Position numbers and translations under genes: made by a program. Below, in pieces: positions 50,120 to 63,702 of a stretch of 64,000 nucleotides of DNA (position 1 is its first letter; every line of letters starts with the position of its first letter). Under the pieces are notes generated by a model. It saw only the letters and a program-made list of their open reading frames with translations. It was not told the origin of the DNA and did not search any database. The DNA is from Laetmonice hystrix (Eukaryota). Where the stretch lies: the NCBI GenBank assembly GCA_965235115.1, contig OZ249438.1, forward strand, positions 40,548,001 to 40,612,000, written 5' to 3'.

Positions 50120-52306
50120 CGCGTTGTGCACACTCGCCACATTTTCTAAAACTCCACACATGAACCCACTCCCAGCCGCCCCCCCCCCCAAAAAAAAAAA
50201 AAAAAACCGGACCGTAGCAAAGAAGGGGTATAAGAAACAGATTGTGGGCCACAGTGGGGCAGCCGCTTGGAAATGTATTTATGGCTGCCTGGATCCCAGT
50301 GATTACAGGGTCATCTGTTTTCATCGTGGATCAACTCAGCTGTTGGTAAAGTGTACATGCTATACAGACGTCCTCTACTATATACGGGTATTAATCAATG
50401 ATCTGAACACATGCCTAGTGAACTGTGTTCAAACGTATGAACATCAGACTGTACTGAACATATTGTGTGTGTATGAACCCGGGCTGAATGTCATGAACAA
50501 GTCAGTGACACAGACCAGTCGTCAATATCCCGTCATGCATTGTTGATCGATTTCTCCAAATAAGATGGCAACATGCAAGGCAGTAATAGAAATGATTGTG
50601 ATTGAACCCATTCTTTACCTGTGGTATAAATGTTTAATTGTCATCAATCATTGAGCAGGGTAAGCTGAGGTGACTGACTGGCACGAGGTTTGTCAGATGA
50701 AGAGCCGGTTTTGTTGTGTGTAAGATTGAATACCTGGTAGATTGCTACTAAACTGACCTCATGTCGACTGACAGAAGAGGTAGGCTGGGGCATGTAGATA
50801 TCTAGGTCATGACGATTGATGGATATGTTATAGAATCGTTTGGTTACCAAGGAAACCGGACTCCTTCAATGGGGAGAAGTCCTCCATCGACGCCCCCTCT
50901 GGTGACAAAAGAAACAACTAATCGCAAAGGGTGAGGCTGGGTGTCTGAAGGTTAGAGCCCCTTCTCAGGGAAATAAAAACAATTGGAGTAGGCATGAGAT
51001 AATGGGCGGAGAACGGGGCCTGGATAACCACCCCATCCTGGTTGTTTGTGAGAGGAGGTTTTCAGGTCACGTGGTGGCACTGCTTATTAAAAGTTACCTT
51101 ATAATAATAATTATAATCTTCAGAAACTTGATGCATGGATTAGGATCTATAGAACCGGTTGATAATTACACTAATTGTGCTGTGTTAATGAGAGTGTGCG
51201 TGGTTGTTATGTGGGACACAGGTAAGGTGGTACAATTGGTTTAGACGTGGGTCATTAAGTAAGGTAATGAATCCCAGGTGGGATTGGGTGTCCAGGCTTT
51301 GATCCAGCCTGTGGTTGCTCATTGTGCTATAGTAAGTAGATAATTGTGTTAATTACTATGGGATTGGTAGAGAAAAACTGGAGCCAACTGGCAGAAAGTA
51401 TGACATGACTAAATTATAGTGTGATTTAGAAAATACTGTGGTCACGCTAATTAGGATGTCCAAAGAGTTCATGTAGAATCTGTAGGGAATGATTTGACCC
51501 CAATCTCACATCTGTTGGGGTAACTTTCGAGCTAAAATCCCGTTAATAAATAGGGAAATTGTACTTGGGAGAGTATTATGGGTCATGAGCGAGAGTTGCA
51601 GGTGTATTATGCCGTAGTTTGGGGATTTAGGATGAATCTGTGGAGATCTGCTGTCAATGCATATGGTGGGTGAGGAAAAGTTGAAAACGATGGAGCTTGA
51701 AGTAATCGATGGCAATCTGTACCAGAGACCTGAGCTTACTATTGATTACCTGACCCAGAGATCAATGACGACTCGGCTGGGGTATTCTAACCTCACCTCA
51801 AACACACTGCTGCGGTCTATGTCAGTCTACATGTGGCACCGTGTCGGGAGGTCTCTCTCAGGGAGCACCTAGTTATAACATGTTAATAAATATGTCGAAT
51901 GAAAATCACCAGGCATCTAGTCATGGAAAGACTGTATTTGTGTAAGTCCTGACTACACGAGTGTGTGATGGTGGTATGTTAGAGTGTAGTGGTGGTATGT
52001 TATAGCTTCAGTCTAACTGTGATCGACTCGAAGGTTGATACAGTGCCAGTTTGGTACTTGGCGTGGATGAAAGATGTAGCATTGCTAGTGGAGGTTTGTA
52101 GTCAGGCGTTGGGTTAGTCCCTGGTGCTGTAATCAGTGCTGATGATGCAGTCTTTGTCTGAAATCGAAGACAGGAGTCTGGGTGGCTCACCTGGGGAAAC
52201 CCCCCAGGTGGGTCACCCCCAGGGTGAGCATCACCACCCTCTCCACGTCTCTGATCGGGCAGTAACGTCGCTGGAACCGATGGGGACACATCGGTCGGGA
52301 GGTCGG

Positions 52307-53096
52307 GCATAACGGCAGAGGGGACGAGATAACGGCAGATCTAGCACAGAACCGAGATAACGGCAGAGGGGACGAGATAACGGCAGATCTAGGACAGAAC
52401 GAGATATCGACAGATCTAGGACAGAACCGAGATAACGACAGATCTAGGACAGAACCGAGATAACGGCAGATCTAGGACAGAACGAGATATCGACAAATCT
52501 AGGACAGAACCGAGATACCGGCAAATCTAGGACAGAACCGAGATAACGGCAGATCTAGGACAGAACCGAGATAACCACAGATCTAGGGCAGAACCGAGAT
52601 AACGGCAGATCTAGGACAGAACCGAGATAACGGCAGATCTAGGACAGAACCGAGATAACGGCAAATATAGGACAGAACCGAGATAACGGCAGATCTAGGA
52701 CAGAACCGAGATAACGGCAGATCTAGAACAGAACCGAGATAACGGCAGATCTAGGACAGAACCGAGATAATGGCAGATCTAGGACAGAACCGAGATAACG
52801 GCAGATCTAGGACACAACCGAGATAACGGCAAATCTAGGACACAACCGAGATAACGGCAGATCTAGGACACAACCGAGATAACGGCAGATCTAGGACAGA
52901 ACCGAGATAACGGCAGATCTAGGACACAACCGAGATATCGGCAGATCTAGCACAGAACCGAGATAACCACAGATCTAGCACAGAACCGAGATAACCACAG
53001 ATCTAGGACAGAACCGAGATAACCACAGATCTAGGACAGAACGAGATAACCACAGATCTAGGACAAAACGAGATATCGACAGAAACAGGGCAGAGA
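52307..53096. repeat. 28-bp minisatellite, about 28 copies
   Basis: Unit GATAACGGCAGATCTAGGACAGAACCGA. Confidence 0.98.
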
Positions 53097-53460
53097 GAAG
53101 ATATCGTGGTAGTTCATGGAAAAGGTAAGAGATTTAGGAACAGTATCACTTATCAGTGAACGTTGTGATTACAGCTAGTGCTCCACTAAGGAGTGCCTGT
53201 CTCAGTGAATGTGAACCAAACGACACAGTATGACTAGATATTAACCAAAGTGTCTTGATACCAAAGGTATTGTTGGTATTAAGTCATGAGATATGTTACA
53301 AAGGGGCTGAGGTTGGGTGCGGGGGCGGGGCGGTGTCGTTGTTAGTGCACTGTGCTGTGGTCAGGTAGGAACATAAACTGAACATAGCGGATGAGATCAA
53401 AGTGTTCCAGCGAGGCGACTGTCTGTCTGTGTGTGTACTTGGATCAGACAGTCACTGATA

Positions 53461-53675
53461 AAATACCGGTCTGCTCCCTCAGTGTCTGGTAGAGTAATAT
53501 CCCCAGCCTGTCACCCCTCACAGGTACTGGTACAATACTGGTCTGCTCCCTCAGTGTCTGGTAGAGTAATATCCCCAGCCTGTCACCCCTCACAGGTACT
53601 GGTACAAATTACAATACTGGTCTGCTCCCTTAGTGTCTGGTAGAGTAAGATCCTCAGCCTGTCACCCCTCACAGG
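53461..53675. repeat. ~72-bp triplication
   Basis: 24-aa periodic ORF; unit begins AATACTGGTCTGCTCCCTCAGTGTCTGGTAGAG. Confidence 0.92.
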
Positions 53676-54257
53676 AAAGAACTTTATATTATTATCGATG
53701 CTCTAACTGTGCTCTTATTTTGTGATTATGAGGATGAATCCGTTTTGTCCTGTCATATTTACCCTGTCAAATCAGGTGCGAGAAGGATTTCCTCTTTGAT
53801 GTAACATGGCTTGGATAACTGGGGCGGGGGAGGGGATTCAGACGTACATCTTATACCGGGTAAATCACATTTCAACCCCACTGGTTGCTGTCAATGTGGA
53901 TTGTATTGGATTTATCAAAACCTTCACGGTTTGTCTGAGGTGGGGGCGGTAAGGAAGGAAGTCTATACCCGGGTGTATGTGTGTGGGTGGGGGTGTGAAT
54001 AGGGGTACCCCCCTCGCCCCATGGCTAGGGGGGCCTGTATCACACCCAACAAAACCTGACTGACACCGGGAACAATGGCCCTGAAGGAGGCCGGCGCGAG
54101 TCTCACAACGACTTCTTTTTGTACGGAGTGGAATGTCATTCAGACAGAGGTCAACATTTTACACATACTGTGAGAGTTTGACGAAAACGTCCACAGTCGG
54201 CACATATTGTAGGGCTGTCTGAAATAGAACATTGCTGTCCTAGTGACAGATTTATAA

Positions 54258-54940
54258 TGACAGAAACAGGGCAGAGCCGAGATAAAGGCAGACCCAGGAC
54301 AGAGCTGAGACAATGGCAGAAACAGGGCAGAGCCGAGATAAAGGCAGACCCAGGGCTGAGACAATGGCAGAAACAGGGCAGAGCCGAGATAAAGGCAGAC
54401 CCAGGGCAGAGCTGAGACAATGGCAGAAACAGGGCAGAGCCGAGATAAAGGCAGACCCAGGGCAGAGCTGAGACAATGGCAGAAACAGGGCAGAGCCGAG
54501 AAAAAGGCAGACCCAGGACAGAGCTGAGACAATGGCAGAAACAGGGCAGAGCCGAGATAAAGGCAGACCCAGGGCAGAGCTGAGACAATGGCAGAAACAG
54601 GGCATAGCCAAAGGCAGACCCAGGGCAGAGCTGAGACAATGGCAGAAACAAGGCAGGGCCAACGGCAGACCCAGGGCAGAGCTGAGACAATGGCAGAAAC
54701 AGGGCAGAGCTAAGATAAAGGCAGATCCAGCAGGGCAGAGCTAAGACAATGGCAGACCCATGGCAGAGCCAAAGGCAGACCCAGTGCAGAGCTAAGACAA
54801 TGGCAGAAACAGGGCAGAGCTAAGATAAAGGCAGACCCAGCAGGGCAGAGCTAAGACAATGGCAGACCCAGAGCAGAGCCAAAGGCAGACCCAGGGCAGA
54901 GCTAAGACAATGGCACTTTGGCAGAAACAGGGCAGAGCTG
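54258..54940. repeat. 56-bp higher-order repeat made of two alternating 28-bp monomers
   Basis: A = AGGGCAGAGCCGAGATAAAGGCAGACCC, B = AGGGCAGAGCTGAGACAATGGCAGAAAC; alternate ABAB and decay towards the 3' end. Confidence 0.95.
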
Positions 54941-55422
54941 ATATTAAGATATATGAGATAGATGCAGACCCGGAGCAAAGTTAGGATGTGAACCCAGAGC
55001 AGAAGATACTAACCATGGCCCCAGGATTTAGCCAAATCATTGCACGGAACACAGTATGTGGTGACAGTTTTCAATACAAAAACAAAAACAGAAAATATTA
55101 TTGCTCCATCTGTGTTTGAATTCCTGCGCCGTGGGTAAGGTGAGCAGGTGGGCATAGCGGCCGTGGTATCCATGACAACGAGTGGACGCTGGCCAGCTAG
55201 CTGTGACCTGGAGGAACCGATGGTAGTAGTAGATGGAGGAGTAGGACTGGAGGAGTATATGGAGCCGTGACTCACAGCGGGGTGGAGAAGTGGATGGGAG
55301 ATGGCGGGACAGAAAATAGCCACCGGGATAGATGGTTGGTGATTTGATATAGTTTTATCAGAACTACAGCCGCCGCCGTCTAGCGTGGGGTACGGTAGTT
55401 TGGGTTCAGTGTACGGGCACCG

Positions 55423-55667
55423 ATATAGCAGGTGCCCGTCATGCAGGTCCGACCTGTATATTGATATAGCAGGTGCCCGTCATGCAGGTCCGACCTGTAT
55501 ATTGATATAGCAGGTGCCCGTCATGCAGGTCCGACCTGTATATTGATTTAGCAGGTGCCCGTCATGCAGGTCCGACCTGTATATTGATATAGCAGGTGCC
55601 CGTCATGCAGGTCCGACCTGTATATTGATATAGCAGGTGCCCGTCATGCAGGTCCCACCTGTATATT
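55423..55667. repeat. 41-bp minisatellite, 6 copies
   Basis: Unit GATATAGCAGGTGCCCGTCATGCAGGTCCGACCTGTATATT. Confidence 0.97.
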
Positions 55668-56944
55668 CAAACCTAAAGTGTCCTCCTTATGTTGGGGCCT
55701 GGACGCCCTGTCTGTACCGAGGGGACTCAGTGCTCGTGTACTTATCTCAGGGATTTGCTAACGGTGGGGGGCTAATAATATTAATGTGACCTTTTTTTGA
55801 GGTGGGACATAATAATAATATAATGTTGCTTATATCGAGATGTTACAATAATATAATGTGACTGTCTTATATCGATATGTGACCTATAATATAATGGGAC
55901 TTATATCGAGATGTGACATACATATGTATCCCCATGCTTTTAGTCAGTGACGGTTGAAGGGAATGATACATGACTCGTAACCCCGGCGTCAATAGGAGCG
56001 TGGTAGGTAGATGTTCCTGGTTGATTGAATAGAAATACTGCCCGACATTAAGGTATCCAGGTACTCGAGGTGGGTAGACCTGGGTCTGACAGGAATGTGA
56101 CCAGCACCCCATAACCGGACACCCTGAAACTATTCCTGGCTAAATCACTCGACAATATTGGAATACACGCGGTTACCTTTCAGCACCATGACCTGTGGGT
56201 TTAGTACACATGTTGGGTGGATTTCTTATTGACTATAAATCTGATGTTGAATAGAAACTAGCCATAAATTCTGCCCTTGCCGTCTGGTGACATTTCTGTC
56301 CTAAACGCTGACGGCATCGGGGTGATCAGGAAAATATTGTGAAAGATTTTTGGATCGAATCCACTAGTTCCGTGTTTATACGTGTATTTTCTCTTCTCGG
56401 GACAAAGCAGGTGTTTCTATTTCTGTTAACAATAGTTAGGGGTCACACGGAAAGGTTAGTGGACCTAGAAGTTGTGGCACTAATGACCAGGATACGGTGG
56501 ACAAGTGGGGATTAGAGAGAGAGGGCCCTCGGTATGCTTGGAACCTGTCATTATAGACCGGCAGTGGACCGAGAAGTTGGCATTGGTACAGGGATGTTTT
56601 TATATTCTGTCTGATGTAGCAATATTCGGCCCAGGTTGTCGGTGTAGATCTGGCTACAAGGCTTGATTTCCTGGTATATACTTCTCACAGTGCTATGTGT
56701 GGAGGTTATTACAGCAAGGTCACGGTCCCAAAACTAGGCCACAGCATTCCATAACAAGGTTCTCTGTGACCTGGAGGTGAATTATCGCCAGTAGGTGTGC
56801 ACTCAGCTGTGACCACGTGGTTACCCATGTGTAACGGCCGTTATTAAAGTGATCATCACGGTTCTCAGTTGGATCTTATAAACACTTTACAAATCCTCAT
56901 CCCTGTCGGGGTGAGCAGGTTTGTATGTCTCGCTTACCGTGGCT

Positions 56945-57959
56945 TACGGCATGTAATAACCCTGTCAGTGGGTCTGTGTACACGATCCCCAGATAAACCA
57001 AGGATTACCGGGAATGTCATATTGATAGGTACGACATGTAATAACCCTGTCAGTGGGTCTGTGTACACGATCCCCAGATAAACCAAGGATTACCGGGAAT
57101 GTCATATTGATAGGTACGACATGTAATAACCCTGTCAGTGGGTCTGTGTACACGATCCCCAGATAAACCAAGGATTACCGGGAATGTCATATTGATAGGT
57201 ACGACATGTAATAACCCTGTCAGTGGGTCTGTGTACACTATCCCGAGATAAACCAAGGATTACCGGGAATGTCATATTGATAGGTACGACATGTAATAAC
57301 CCTGTCAGTGGGTCTGTGTACACGATCCCCAGATAAACCAAGGATTACCGGGAATGTCATATTGATAGGTACGACATGTAATAACCCTGTCAGTGGGTCT
57401 GTGTACACGATCCCCAGATAAACCAAGGATTACCGGGAATGTCATATTGATAGGTACGACATGTAATAACCCTGTCAGTGGGTCTGTGTACACGATCCCC
57501 AGATAAACCAAGGATTACCGGGAATGTCATATTGATAGGTACGACATGTAATAACCCTGTCAGTGGGTCTGTGCACACGATCCCCAGATAAACCAAGGAT
57601 TACCGGGAATGTCATATTGATAGGTACGACATGTAATAACCCTGTCAGTGGGTCTGTGTACCTGATCCCCAGATAAACCAAGGATTACCGGGAATGTCAT
57701 ATTGATAGGTACGGCATGTAATAACCCTGTCAGTGGGTCTGTGTACACGATCCCCAGATAAACCAAGGATTACCGGGAATGTCATATTGATAGGTACGGC
57801 ATGTAATAACCCTGTCAGTGGGTCTGTGTACACGATCCCCAGATAAACCAAGGATTACCGGGAATGTCATATTGATAGGTACGACATGTAATAACCCTGT
57901 CAGTGGGTCTGTGTACACGATCCCCAGATAAACCAAGGATTACCGGGAATGTCGTATTG
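56945..57959. repeat. 85-bp minisatellite, about 12 copies
   Basis: ORF starts are offset by exactly 85 bp; near-identical units. Confidence 0.98.
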
Positions 57960-58145
57960 CAGGACGACCCTGACAGAAGTCGCCAGTCAATACTGACCAT
58001 GTTGGTGAGGGAGTGTGCCCCAGCCGTCCGTCACACCCAGTCAGGGAGTGTGCCCCATCCGTCACACCCAGCCACCTGTCACACTCACACAATGCGTCAC
58101 ATCTCGCATTCACTGTGTCCCCAGTCAAACCTCCTTCTATGAACG

Positions 58146-58488
58146 GTTTACTGATTGAAACTTAATGATGGGTGAAATGTCCTGTTCAGACTGGCAAGGT
58201 TTGATTGGGATTGACGGGGAGGGTGGGGAGAAACCCGTTAATGCTGAGCCCTCAAGGTGTGATCTGATTGGTTGACGGGTATAGAAACCAACTGATTGCA
58301 TGATAGATGGGCTGATGTTTACTGATTGAAACTTAATGACGGGTGAAATGTCCTGTTGAGACTGGCAAGGTTTGATTGGGATTGACGGGGAGGGTGGGGA
58401 GAAACCCCTTGATGCTGAGCCCTCAAGGTGTGATCTGATTGGTTGACGGGTGTAGAAACCAACTGATTGCATGATAGATGGGCTGATG
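58146..58488. repeat. 171-bp tandem duplication
   Basis: 57-aa periodic ORF; GTTTACTGATTGAAAC at 58146 and 58317. Confidence 0.96.
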
Positions 58489-60136
58489 AACTTAGGACGT
58501 CGTTAAACTATCTACGCCTTATCTCACAGTGTTAGATTCTCAACGCCGAGTTACATAGAGGCCTCACACCCAAATCTTAAATATGGATCAGTGATTCTGA
58601 TCTCAACACTGGTCGTCATTCCAAACCAGTCAACACAAAAACAACTATTGATGAAAAGATTATATATGCCTCGTTCACCGGCGCCGACACTTTGTCCTTG
58701 GATAATGAACATGATGGAAGATTACACCGTATCGACCTCATCCTAACGAGATGGCCAAACAAACTGTGAAATGTTATCATCGGTGGACTTTGTCAAACCG
58801 AGCCGTGCTTGGCGGCGGGACGCTGCTCAATGCAGACGACATTTTTGTGGTTTCATTAATTGCCGCCAGAGATCAGAGAGACCAGCTGGTCAGATTAGGT
58901 GGACGCCAAGGTCCTGAAGTTACCGAGCTATAAATAGAGACTTGAAAGTGGCCACAGAAGGGGTCGGCATTCCTCTGATTCTGCCGTCAATCACCAAAAT
59001 ACTTAACATCTTTCAGTAAATGAGAGAACCCAGCGGGATGGTGGCGTGTTGGGGCGGGTTTACTTAGCAAATCATCCATTAAATCGGCCTGTCTGGTGTC
59101 AAGTTAATGCTGCTAGTTTCAGTGGTCGACGGTCGTGAACTGATGAAAGAATCATTACAGGTGTCTGAGCGGACCTAATGTGTCTGCAGGTTAAGCCTCT
59201 TGTTCTCATCGTAGATTTCTAGATGGCTCCTTCAATAATACTGTATATTTCCAGCCGACATCAAGGAAGTCTTGGTCTGGATTGAAATTAATTGAAAATT
59301 GAACGGAAGTGTAAAGATATTCATGGAAAGTACAGAGACGCCAAATTTATACACCAGAAAGAGCTCAGAGAATCTGCTCTGTTCTCTCCGAGAGAACACG
59401 GTAATCTTTAATCTAGGTTAATTAGGTTACAGTAATGAAGAACAGTAAGCATTTAGTAAAGGATTCAATCAGTTTTGACAGGAAAACAGTGCAATTAGGA
59501 TCAAACAGAGAGAAAATAATGCTATTGATTTTATAGACGAGGAGAAGGAAGTATGAAGGCTTGTTCACTGTACATGTATATCTGTCTGTAGTCCATGTAT
59601 GTCTCTGCTGACGTCGAGGTGTTCTGGTTGCAGTGGTGTTACGTCGAGGTGTTCTGGCTGCAGTGGTGTTGCTGTTTTTCAGTAGGTTGTCGGCCTGAGG
59701 GAGTGAGAGAGGTTTCCATGAAGGTGCACAGTCTGACATAGCTCTATATAATAGTGCATGATGCCGCCAGCTCTCCACAACCCACAACACGTGACCTGAG
59801 GTCATGGCGCCTGTAGGAGAACACTGCTGACTGTGAGAGCCTTGGCATTGTTTGTGCTCGTCCAGTTTGACCTACCAGTTCGCTGCCATCGAGGAGCGGG
59901 CCAGTTTGTGGGAACAAAGGCCGAAAACCAGATCTGCCCCACCCTCGAAAAAATATATTATTGAAATTGGTTCTAGCGGCCACTTGGAAAAATACTTTAC
60001 TTGTGACTCAGTAGCAAGATGGCTTGAGATAAAGTGGGTTACATTTCGTCACTGGGATTCCAAGAAAGGAGTCGGTCGGCAATCAAGATCCAAATACGGG
60101 TAGCTCGTTCAAATGGTCGGTTGGAATGCCATGTCG

Positions 60137-60691
60137 CAATGAGGTTTTAAAACTCGGTGTCCACCGTCCGATTGGTGGCGAGTCTGTGGTGTCCGGTGAT
60201 GGTATCAATGAGGTTTTAAAACTCGCTGCCCACCGTCGGATTGGTGGTGAGTCTGTGGTGTCTGGTTGATGGTATCAATGAGGTTTTAAAACTCGCTGCC
60301 CACCGTCGGATTGGTGGTGAGTCTGTGGTGTCTGGTTGATGGTATCAATGAGGTTTTAAAACTCGGTGTCCACCGTCCGATTGGTGGTGAGTCTGTGGTG
60401 TCTGGTTGATGGTATCAATGAGGTTTTAAAACTCGGTGTCCACCGTCCGATTGGTGGCGAGTCTGTGGTGTCCGGTTGATGGTATCAATGAGGTTTTAAA
60501 ACTCGGTGTCCACCGTCCGATTGGTGGTGAGTCTGTGGTGTCTGGTTGATGGTATCAATGAGGTTTTAAAACTCGGTGTCCACCGTCCGATTGGTGGTGA
60601 GTCTGTGGTGTCTGGTTGATGGTATCAATGAGGTTTTAAAACTCGCTGGCCGATTGGTGGTGAGTCTGTTGATGGTGTCCGGTTGATGGTA
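60137..60691. repeat. 70-bp minisatellite, about 8 copies
   Basis: Unit CAATGAGGTTTTAAAACTCGGTGTCCACCGTCCGATTGGTGGTGAGTCTGTGGTGTCTGGTTGATGGTAT. Confidence 0.97.
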
Positions 60692-60695
60692 TGGG

Positions 60696-61408
60696 CAAGC
60701 AAAGGTTCACTTCTCTCAGTGATCGGACCGGGTTAGCTGTCAATACCAAGCAAAGGTTCACTTCTCTCAGTGATCGGACCGGGTTAGCTGTCAATACCAA
60801 GCAAAGGTTCACTTCTCTCAGTGATCGGACCGGGTTAGCTGTCAGTACCAAGCAAAGGTTCACTTCTCTCAGTGATCGGACCGGGTTAGCTGTCAATACC
60901 AAGCAAAGGTTCACTTCTCTCAGTGATCGGACCGGGTTAGCTGTCAGTACCAAGCAAAGGTTCACTTCTCTCAGTGATCGGACCGGGTTAGCTGTCAGTA
61001 CCAAGCAAAGGTTCACTTCTCTCAGTGATCGGACCGGGTTAGCTGTCAATACCAAGCAAAGGTTCACTTCTCTCAGTGATCGGACCGGGTTAGCTGTCAG
61101 TACCAAGCAAAGGTTCACTTCTCTCAGTGATCGGACCGGGTTAGCTGTCAGTACCAAGCAAAGGTTCACTTCTCTCAGTGATCGGACCGGGTTAGCTGTC
61201 AATACCAAGCAAAGGTTCACTTCTCTCAGTGATCGGACCGGGTTAGCTGTCAATACCAAGCAAAGGTTCACTTCTCTCAGTGATCGGACCGGGTTAGCTG
61301 TCAGTACCAAGCAAAGGTTCACTTCTCTCAGTGATCGGACCGGGTTAGCTGTCAGTACCAAGCAAAGGTTCACTTACTCTCAGTGATCGGACCGGGTTAG
61401 CTGTCAAT
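60696..61408. repeat. 51-bp minisatellite, 14 copies
   Basis: Unit CAAGCAAAGGTTCACTTCTCTCAGTGATCGGACCGGGTTAGCTGTCA(A/G)TAC; gives 17-aa periodic ORFs on both strands. Confidence 0.98.
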
Positions 61409-63640
61409 TAGAGAGGAACGCCGTCCTAGTTAGTGCCCATTTAGCACGTGCCTGTCGGTGTTTCCAATTCAAACTTTGAACAGTTGCGACCAATCTGAAA
61501 GCGGTTATAGCCTTAAGGAGGAGGAGGACCGTTGTACTGTGTGAGCCGATTGGCCTTGTACTTCTATCAGGGTCATGGCGGCACGTCAAAGGTGACATTC
61601 ATTCATGTGAGAGGTGGAGACAGGGACGCTACTCACCGTTTTGTTACTGTCAGTAATCAAGGTGTGCACCATGCCCTGATGTGACAGGTATTTTGAAGGT
61701 AGTTTTTATATAGAGCCAAGGGTGGAAACCGCTGAGGTGGTCTGGGTGGTATTATATTGATACTCGGGACGGGTATAGTACACCACAAGTACGTGTTAAG
61801 TGCCCCCCTCCCGGACTATAGGCGGGTGGCACACCTCGTGAACCGGGAACCGTAAGTGGGGAGGTCTGCCGCTTAGTACCATACACACACGGGGAGAGGG
61901 AACCCCCCGGTCTCCCCCCAATCACCACCTCATCCCGCCCCTCATAGATCACCCTGGTCGGTAGGGGAGGAGTGGTACCTGATAGATTGATCAACCGACT
62001 GTACAGATAAACAAAGGCGGAAAAGGTACGCAAAGATTGAGGTAAACAAAATAAGAGGACCTCCTGGTCACACCCGGCGTCTCAAAGGTAGCGCCCACTG
62101 ACTAAATGGTCCTAGGACCACAGAGTTGAAAATTTAATGGTTACTAAAGTGTCTTCGTGGGAGCTTTCAAACGTGAAAGTCACTCTCCCATCGACAGAAT
62201 CAATTCTCCATTGATAAGTTGACCCCTGGATGACCTTCAGCTGGTATTTACCGTTTTACATCGATATGATTGCTTGTGTTCTTTGTAAGGACAAGGCCTG
62301 AAGGGAATTCAGACGTTTTATGTATTTATCAGTCTCAGATAACGTGATAATTAATGAAGAGGATTAGGTAGGTTAAAGAGGTACTGTATAGACTTTCCTC
62401 AACCGTTAACTTGTCTACAAAATCTAGGTGGAGCCCCCTAGTGACTGCGAAGATGCATCGTTTTTCATCAGTTACTGTGTGTTGTTGAATATTATCTTGC
62501 CTTGAAGTAAACCTTGACTGTGGTGAGACTTATAAAACTGCAATACTGGGGGTTTCCTGCTGCCTCTTGGAGACAGACAACACCCGTGTCGTAATAGTTC
62601 TCCAAGTATCCACTAGGTGGTTCATGATCATAGATCCACCAGAACCCATAAAGGAACCAACAGTTGGCAGATTGGCTAAAGCAGACGACATTTTCTGACG
62701 TACTGTGACGTCACGGTGATAAGGAGTGACGTATAATGACTTGAATGACCACCAGGTGTCTCTAGTTTCGTCGTGTGGCCCTCTCAGACCTCGGTAAAGT
62801 GCGCCTCTGATCACGGAGATACACACAAGTCATTTTAACCTACTGTAAGAATATCTGTCTCCCTCCCACACCCGTGACTGTGGTAGCATCTTGCCGGTGT
62901 TTACTCTGACAACAGTGTCAAACTCTGCTGAGATTTAATAAGCCCTCCCCTGACTCCTTCCATGGAGATTCCAAAGTGGTTCCTAGTAATCTTATATCTT
63001 GATGGTGTTTCCCTGCTGTTATCGGTCGCCACGTGGTCAGAGTATCAGACCCCCCTAGCGGCCAGCAGGTGAACTATCAAAGAAAGCATAATATTGGTCC
63101 AGATTAGCTATTATTCACAAGTGAGGAATGTTAGCACATGTGTGGTACGAGTTCGGCAGCGTGCAGCACGTGCCAGACCCCAGGCAGAGTTAGGCGCATT
63201 CAAACTTGATGAGTTAGGTAGAGTACACAGTTTTTCGCGATTCGGTCAAGTGCAGTCTAGTTACTTTCTCTGTCAAGTTGCCACGACAAATAAAAATGTT
63301 TCCTGAGTTGAAAGTAGTTGAGTTGAAATACAAATTTAGACCACTCCTTGTGTATAAGTGAGAAGAGGGGATGTTTGGGAGTCGACCGGAGAACTTCGAT
63401 ATATTTATACTTATGTCCTCATAGAGTTGGACCAGGGTGAGTGAACTGTGTGAGAACGAAATCGTTCGTCTGGGAACTGTACGGGAATCAGGTTTTTACA
63501 TGGAGTATAAAGGATATCCACACTACAGGGGTCCACAACGATCAGTGCAGCCAGTTGTAGGGTTATAGTTAGTACGCCTGACCCCGGGTCTGCTCCCGAT
63601 CATCATTGTCAGCACTACTTCAAGGGGGCATTGGTTTTGA

Positions 63641-63695
63641 GGAGTCGAACCCAACCAGTGTGCTATGTAAGTCACAGAGCCGACTTAGCCATATC
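63641..63695 (-). mobile_element. Possible tRNA-derived SINE head (Pol III A and B boxes)
   Basis: Minus strand reads TGGCTAAGTCGG-N28-GGTTCGACTCC. No cloverleaf, tail or TSD identified. Confidence 0.25.
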
Positions 63696-63702
63696 TGAGA
63701 GG

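Noticed and set aside
51657-51872. ORF containing RPELTI, superficially like the ASPP ELTL motif
   Set aside because: Lacks the following ELQ..A.RQQQQI coiled-coil signature and proper exon boundaries.
56965-58000. Twelve near-identical 68-aa ORFs suggesting a tandem gene family
   Set aside because: The ORFs overlap one another and simply follow the 85-bp period; the same applies to the 60-aa ORFs at 2002-2539.
58146-58488. 171-bp unit equal to alpha-satellite length
   Set aside because: Only two copies and no recognisable alphoid sequence; the length match is coincidental.
60137-60691. CRISPR-like look (GTTTTAAAAC palindrome, regular period); also considered for 4803-6910 and 31432-32729
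   Set aside because: The inter-repeat sequences are themselves repeated, so there are no unique spacers. No cas genes; spliceosomal eukaryotic context.
60636-61386. 231-aa and 245-aa 17-mer repeat ORFs on opposite strands
   Set aside because: The 51-bp unit is a multiple of 3 and lacks stops in these frames; both ORFs are confined to the array.
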